Source: Halorarum halobium (GTDB lineage: Archaea; Halobacteriota; Halobacteria; Halobacteriales; Haloferacaceae). Taken from it: a stretch of DNA of 64,000 nucleotides. The notes under the pieces were generated by a model that searched no databases, was not told the DNA's origin, and was given only the letters and a program-made list of their open reading frames with translations. This document shows positions 61,986 to 64,000 of this stretch, piece by piece. The translations under genes and the position numbers were made by a program. Each line of letters opens with the position of its first letter. Position 1 is the stretch's first letter. The stretch lies in NCBI RefSeq assembly GCF_032116555.1, contig NZ_CP134949.1, positions 3,100,001 to 3,164,000 on the forward strand. Reading direction: 5' to 3'.

Positions 61986-62034
61986 GGATCGTCTCTTGGA
62001 GGGGGTGGTCAGCGGGAACGTAAAGCGATGGTGT

Positions 62035-62067
62035 GGAAAGCTCGCTTTACAGTAAAGGGAACTTTAC
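62035..62067. promoter_or_regulatory. Tandem palindromic operators G(T/G)AAAG-N4-CTTTAC
   Basis: GGAAAG-ctcg-CTTTAC (62035-62050) and GTAAAG-ggaa-CTTTAC (62052-62067), plus a half-site GTAAAG at 62020. Confidence 0.75.
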
Positions 62068-62227
62068 ATCGGATGATAAATCTGCCGCTCGACGCCGCGC
62101 TCCACCGACCGCCACCCGCCCGTCGTCGACCCGTCCCACGGCCGGACGGCAGCCCTCGTTCGATCCGACCGGAACCCGCCGGAGAACGAGCCGTTCGTCG
62201 ATGTTGCTCCTCACCCACCGTCGTCGG

Positions 62228-62602
62228 CTACGCCTCGTCGCCGAAGCCGTCGATGCGGTCGTGGACGGTGTCGGACCACTCGTCGAGCGCCGCGTGGAGC
62301 ATCTCCTTGGCCTCACCCAGCGGGGTCGCCGTGTACTGGTAGACGTAGCCGCCGGGGTCGAGCAGCCGGCGCTCGCGCTCGGCGAGGTTCTTCTCGAGGA
62401 GGGTCGTCAGCGACCGGTTCACGTTCGAGCGGTCCCGATCGAGCACCTCGGCGAGCTCCTCGACGGTGCTGCCCGGGTGGTCCCGCAGCGTGAGATACGT
62501 CCGGCTCTCGTGTTCCTGGATCCCGAAGACGCAGGCCATCACGTGCTGGAACGTCGGCTCCTCGGTGTGGATGAGGTCCTCCATGTCGGGTGCGTCGCTC
62601 AT
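62228..62602 (-). CDS. Winged-HTH transcriptional regulator (TrmB/MarR-like)
   Basis: CVFGI...TYLTL...STVEELAEVLDRDRSNVNRSLTTLLEK.LAER..GGYVYQY. Confidence 0.88.
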   Translation of the reverse strand: MSDAPDMEDLIHTEEPTFQHVMACVFGIQEHESRTYLTLRDHPGSTVEELAEVLDRDRSNVNRSLTTLLEKNLAERERRLLDPGGYVYQYTATPLGEAKEMLHAALDEWSDTVHDRIDGFGDEA

Positions 62603-62706
62603 CGGACCGGGCTACGGACGTGGCGCGGTTAAACCCCGACCATGGGGCAGTTCTGCCGGGTGACCTGCCGGAGAATCCGTCTGATAACCCGGCCGACGAG
62701 GTCCGC

Positions 62707-62943
62707 TCACTCCGCCTTCGCGTAGCCCATCTTCTCGATACACGCCCGCATCTCCGACTCGTCGGGGTGTTTGTGCAGCCGCGTCGGCGTGTCGCAGTAG
62801 AACGTCTCGCCGTCGTGGCGGAGCGTGAGTTCCCGCTCGTCGCCGAACAGGTCCGCGGTGACGACGACGCGCCGCCCCGACCGCATCGCCTCGATGAGCT
62901 CGTCGGCGGTCAGTTCACCGGCGTCGACGCGCAGCGGTGGCAT
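62707..62943 (-). CDS. Small hypothetical protein (78 aa)
   Basis: Typical codon use; LTLRHDGETFYCDTPTRLHKH. Confidence 0.78.
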   Translation of the reverse strand: MPPLRVDAGELTADELIEAMRSGRRVVVTADLFGDERELTLRHDGETFYCDTPTRLHKHPDESEMRACIEKMGYAKAE

Positions 62944-63002
62944 CGACTAGGCGTGCGTGGCCCGCCGCCATGTTTCTTGCTCCCCGCCTCGAACGTCGGT
63001 CC

Positions 63003-63404
63003 ATGAACGCGCGCACCATCGACCACGCCACGCTCCACGTGCCGACCGACGGGCTCGAGGATGCCCGGGCGTTCTACGGCGACGCGCTCGGCTTCGACCT
63101 GGCGGGCGTCGAGCGCTTCGAGGCCGGGGAAACTCCATTCTTCGACGTCAGATTGACCCCCGAACACCTGCTCCACCTCTGGCCGACCGAGGAGTTCGCG
63201 GAACCGGACGGGACGGGCTACGACCACCTCGCGCTGGTCGTCGAGGAGGGAATCGAGGCGATCACGGCCGAACTGAACGCCGCCGGCGTCGAGATCGAAC
63301 GCCGGCTGGAGAACCCGGTGGGCGCGACCGGCCGCGCGCCGGCGGTGTACGTCCGGGACCCGTTCGGCTATCGGGTGGAGCTGAAGGAGCCGGTGGAGGG
63401 GTAG
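63003..63404 (+). CDS. VOC/glyoxalase-family protein
   Basis: IDHATLHV...ARAFYGDALG, DHLALVV, VYVRDPFGYRVEL. Confidence 0.9.
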   Translation: MNARTIDHATLHVPTDGLEDARAFYGDALGFDLAGVERFEAGETPFFDVRLTPEHLLHLWPTEEFAEPDGTGYDHLALVVEEGIEAITAELNAAGVEIERRLENPVGATGRAPAVYVRDPFGYRVELKEPVEG

Positions 63405-63493
63405 CGGGAAGGGAGTCGGGTCGCCGGAACGGCCTCAGTCGGTTGTCGACTTCTTCGAAACCGACGACGAAGGTATCGGCCGCCGGAGCGGCC

Positions 63494-64000
63494 TCAGTTC
63501 GTCGTCGATTTCGACCGCCCCTCGCTGGCGTCCTCGACCGTCTCCGCGGGGGGCTCGACGCCCTCCGCCGCCTCGGCGGTGTCCATCACCTTCTCGGTGT
63601 CGACGTGCCAGCGGCTGATCTCGTCCTCGTAGTCGGCGAGCCGTTCGGACACCTCCGCCTTCAGGTCGTCGTCGTTGACGTTCACCTCGAAGACGAACGC
63701 GGGGCCCTCCTCCTCGCCGCGGTTGGTCTTCTGGATGTTCGCCGAGACGAGATCGTTGTCGAAGTAGTACGGCGCGAGCTGGGTCATCACCTTCCGGTAG
63801 ACGGTGTCCTCGACCTTTCGGACGGCCTTCCTGCTCGCGGAGTCGGCCGCGCGTGCGACGTGGTCGATGGAGTCCTTCCAGGAGTCGAGCGCGCCCTCGC
63901 TGTCGCCGTTCTCGACCTTCTCGTAGGACTCCGAGAGCTTCTCGCCCGCGGTCTGGAGGTCGTCCTCGGCGGACTTGCCAGCCTTCTCTCCCTCGCCCTC
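63494..64000 (-). CDS. Conserved acidic hypothetical protein, 3' part (start lies beyond the window)
   Basis: The frame is open to the window end: ...EGEGEKAGKSAEDDLQ...RKVEDTVYRKVMTQLAPYYFDNDLVSAN... Confidence 0.8.
   Translation of the reverse strand, partial: EGEGEKAGKSAEDDLQTAGEKLSESYEKVENGDSEGALDSWKDSIDHVARAADSASRKAVRKVEDTVYRKVMTQLAPYYFDNDLVSANIQKTNRGEEEGPAFVFEVNVNDDDLKAEVSERLADYEDEISRWHVDTEKVMDTAEAAEGVEPPAETVEDASEGRSKSTTN

Overview
This is a ~70% GC chromosomal segment from a halophilic archaeon (Halobacteriales). The evidence is the acidic proteins, CheF, Nmd3, the LysW/ArgW-type arginine pathway and leaderless genes with TATA boxes ~25 nt upstream of the ATG. It is mostly core genome: hisA (partial), cheF, two soluble transducers, uvrC, mdh, upp, a stand-alone lpdA, a DinG/XPD-like helicase, acs plus a second acyl-CoA synthetase, hemB, the argG-H-W-X-C-B-D-E-F cluster, metY-metX, an ABC-2 exporter, NAD-dependent ligA, serA/serB with a class-V aminotransferase, thrC and many small conserved hypothetical genes. 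I found no tRNA, rRNA, CRISPR array, integrase or transposase. The most interesting signals are mostly non-canonical. (1) An unannotated 29-codon Arg/CGA-rich leader ORF with its own TATA box lies upstream of argG. A second Arg/CGA-rich ORF, coupled to the argH stop, lies upstream of argW; it shares a P-R-R-P/CGCCGCGACGACC core with the first, and both loci have a similar AT-rich 32-bp box. Together they are a candidate archaeal arginine-sensing attenuation system. (2) A modular, hairpin-rich interspersed repeat family occurs at five or more intergenic sites, and one module sits in-frame inside a YkgJ-type gene. (3) A (T/A/P)DGG peptide motif recurs at the termini of many unrelated proteins. 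(4) Tandem palindromic operators lie upstream of an XRE regulator operon. All family assignments are by eye from motifs; no database search was run.
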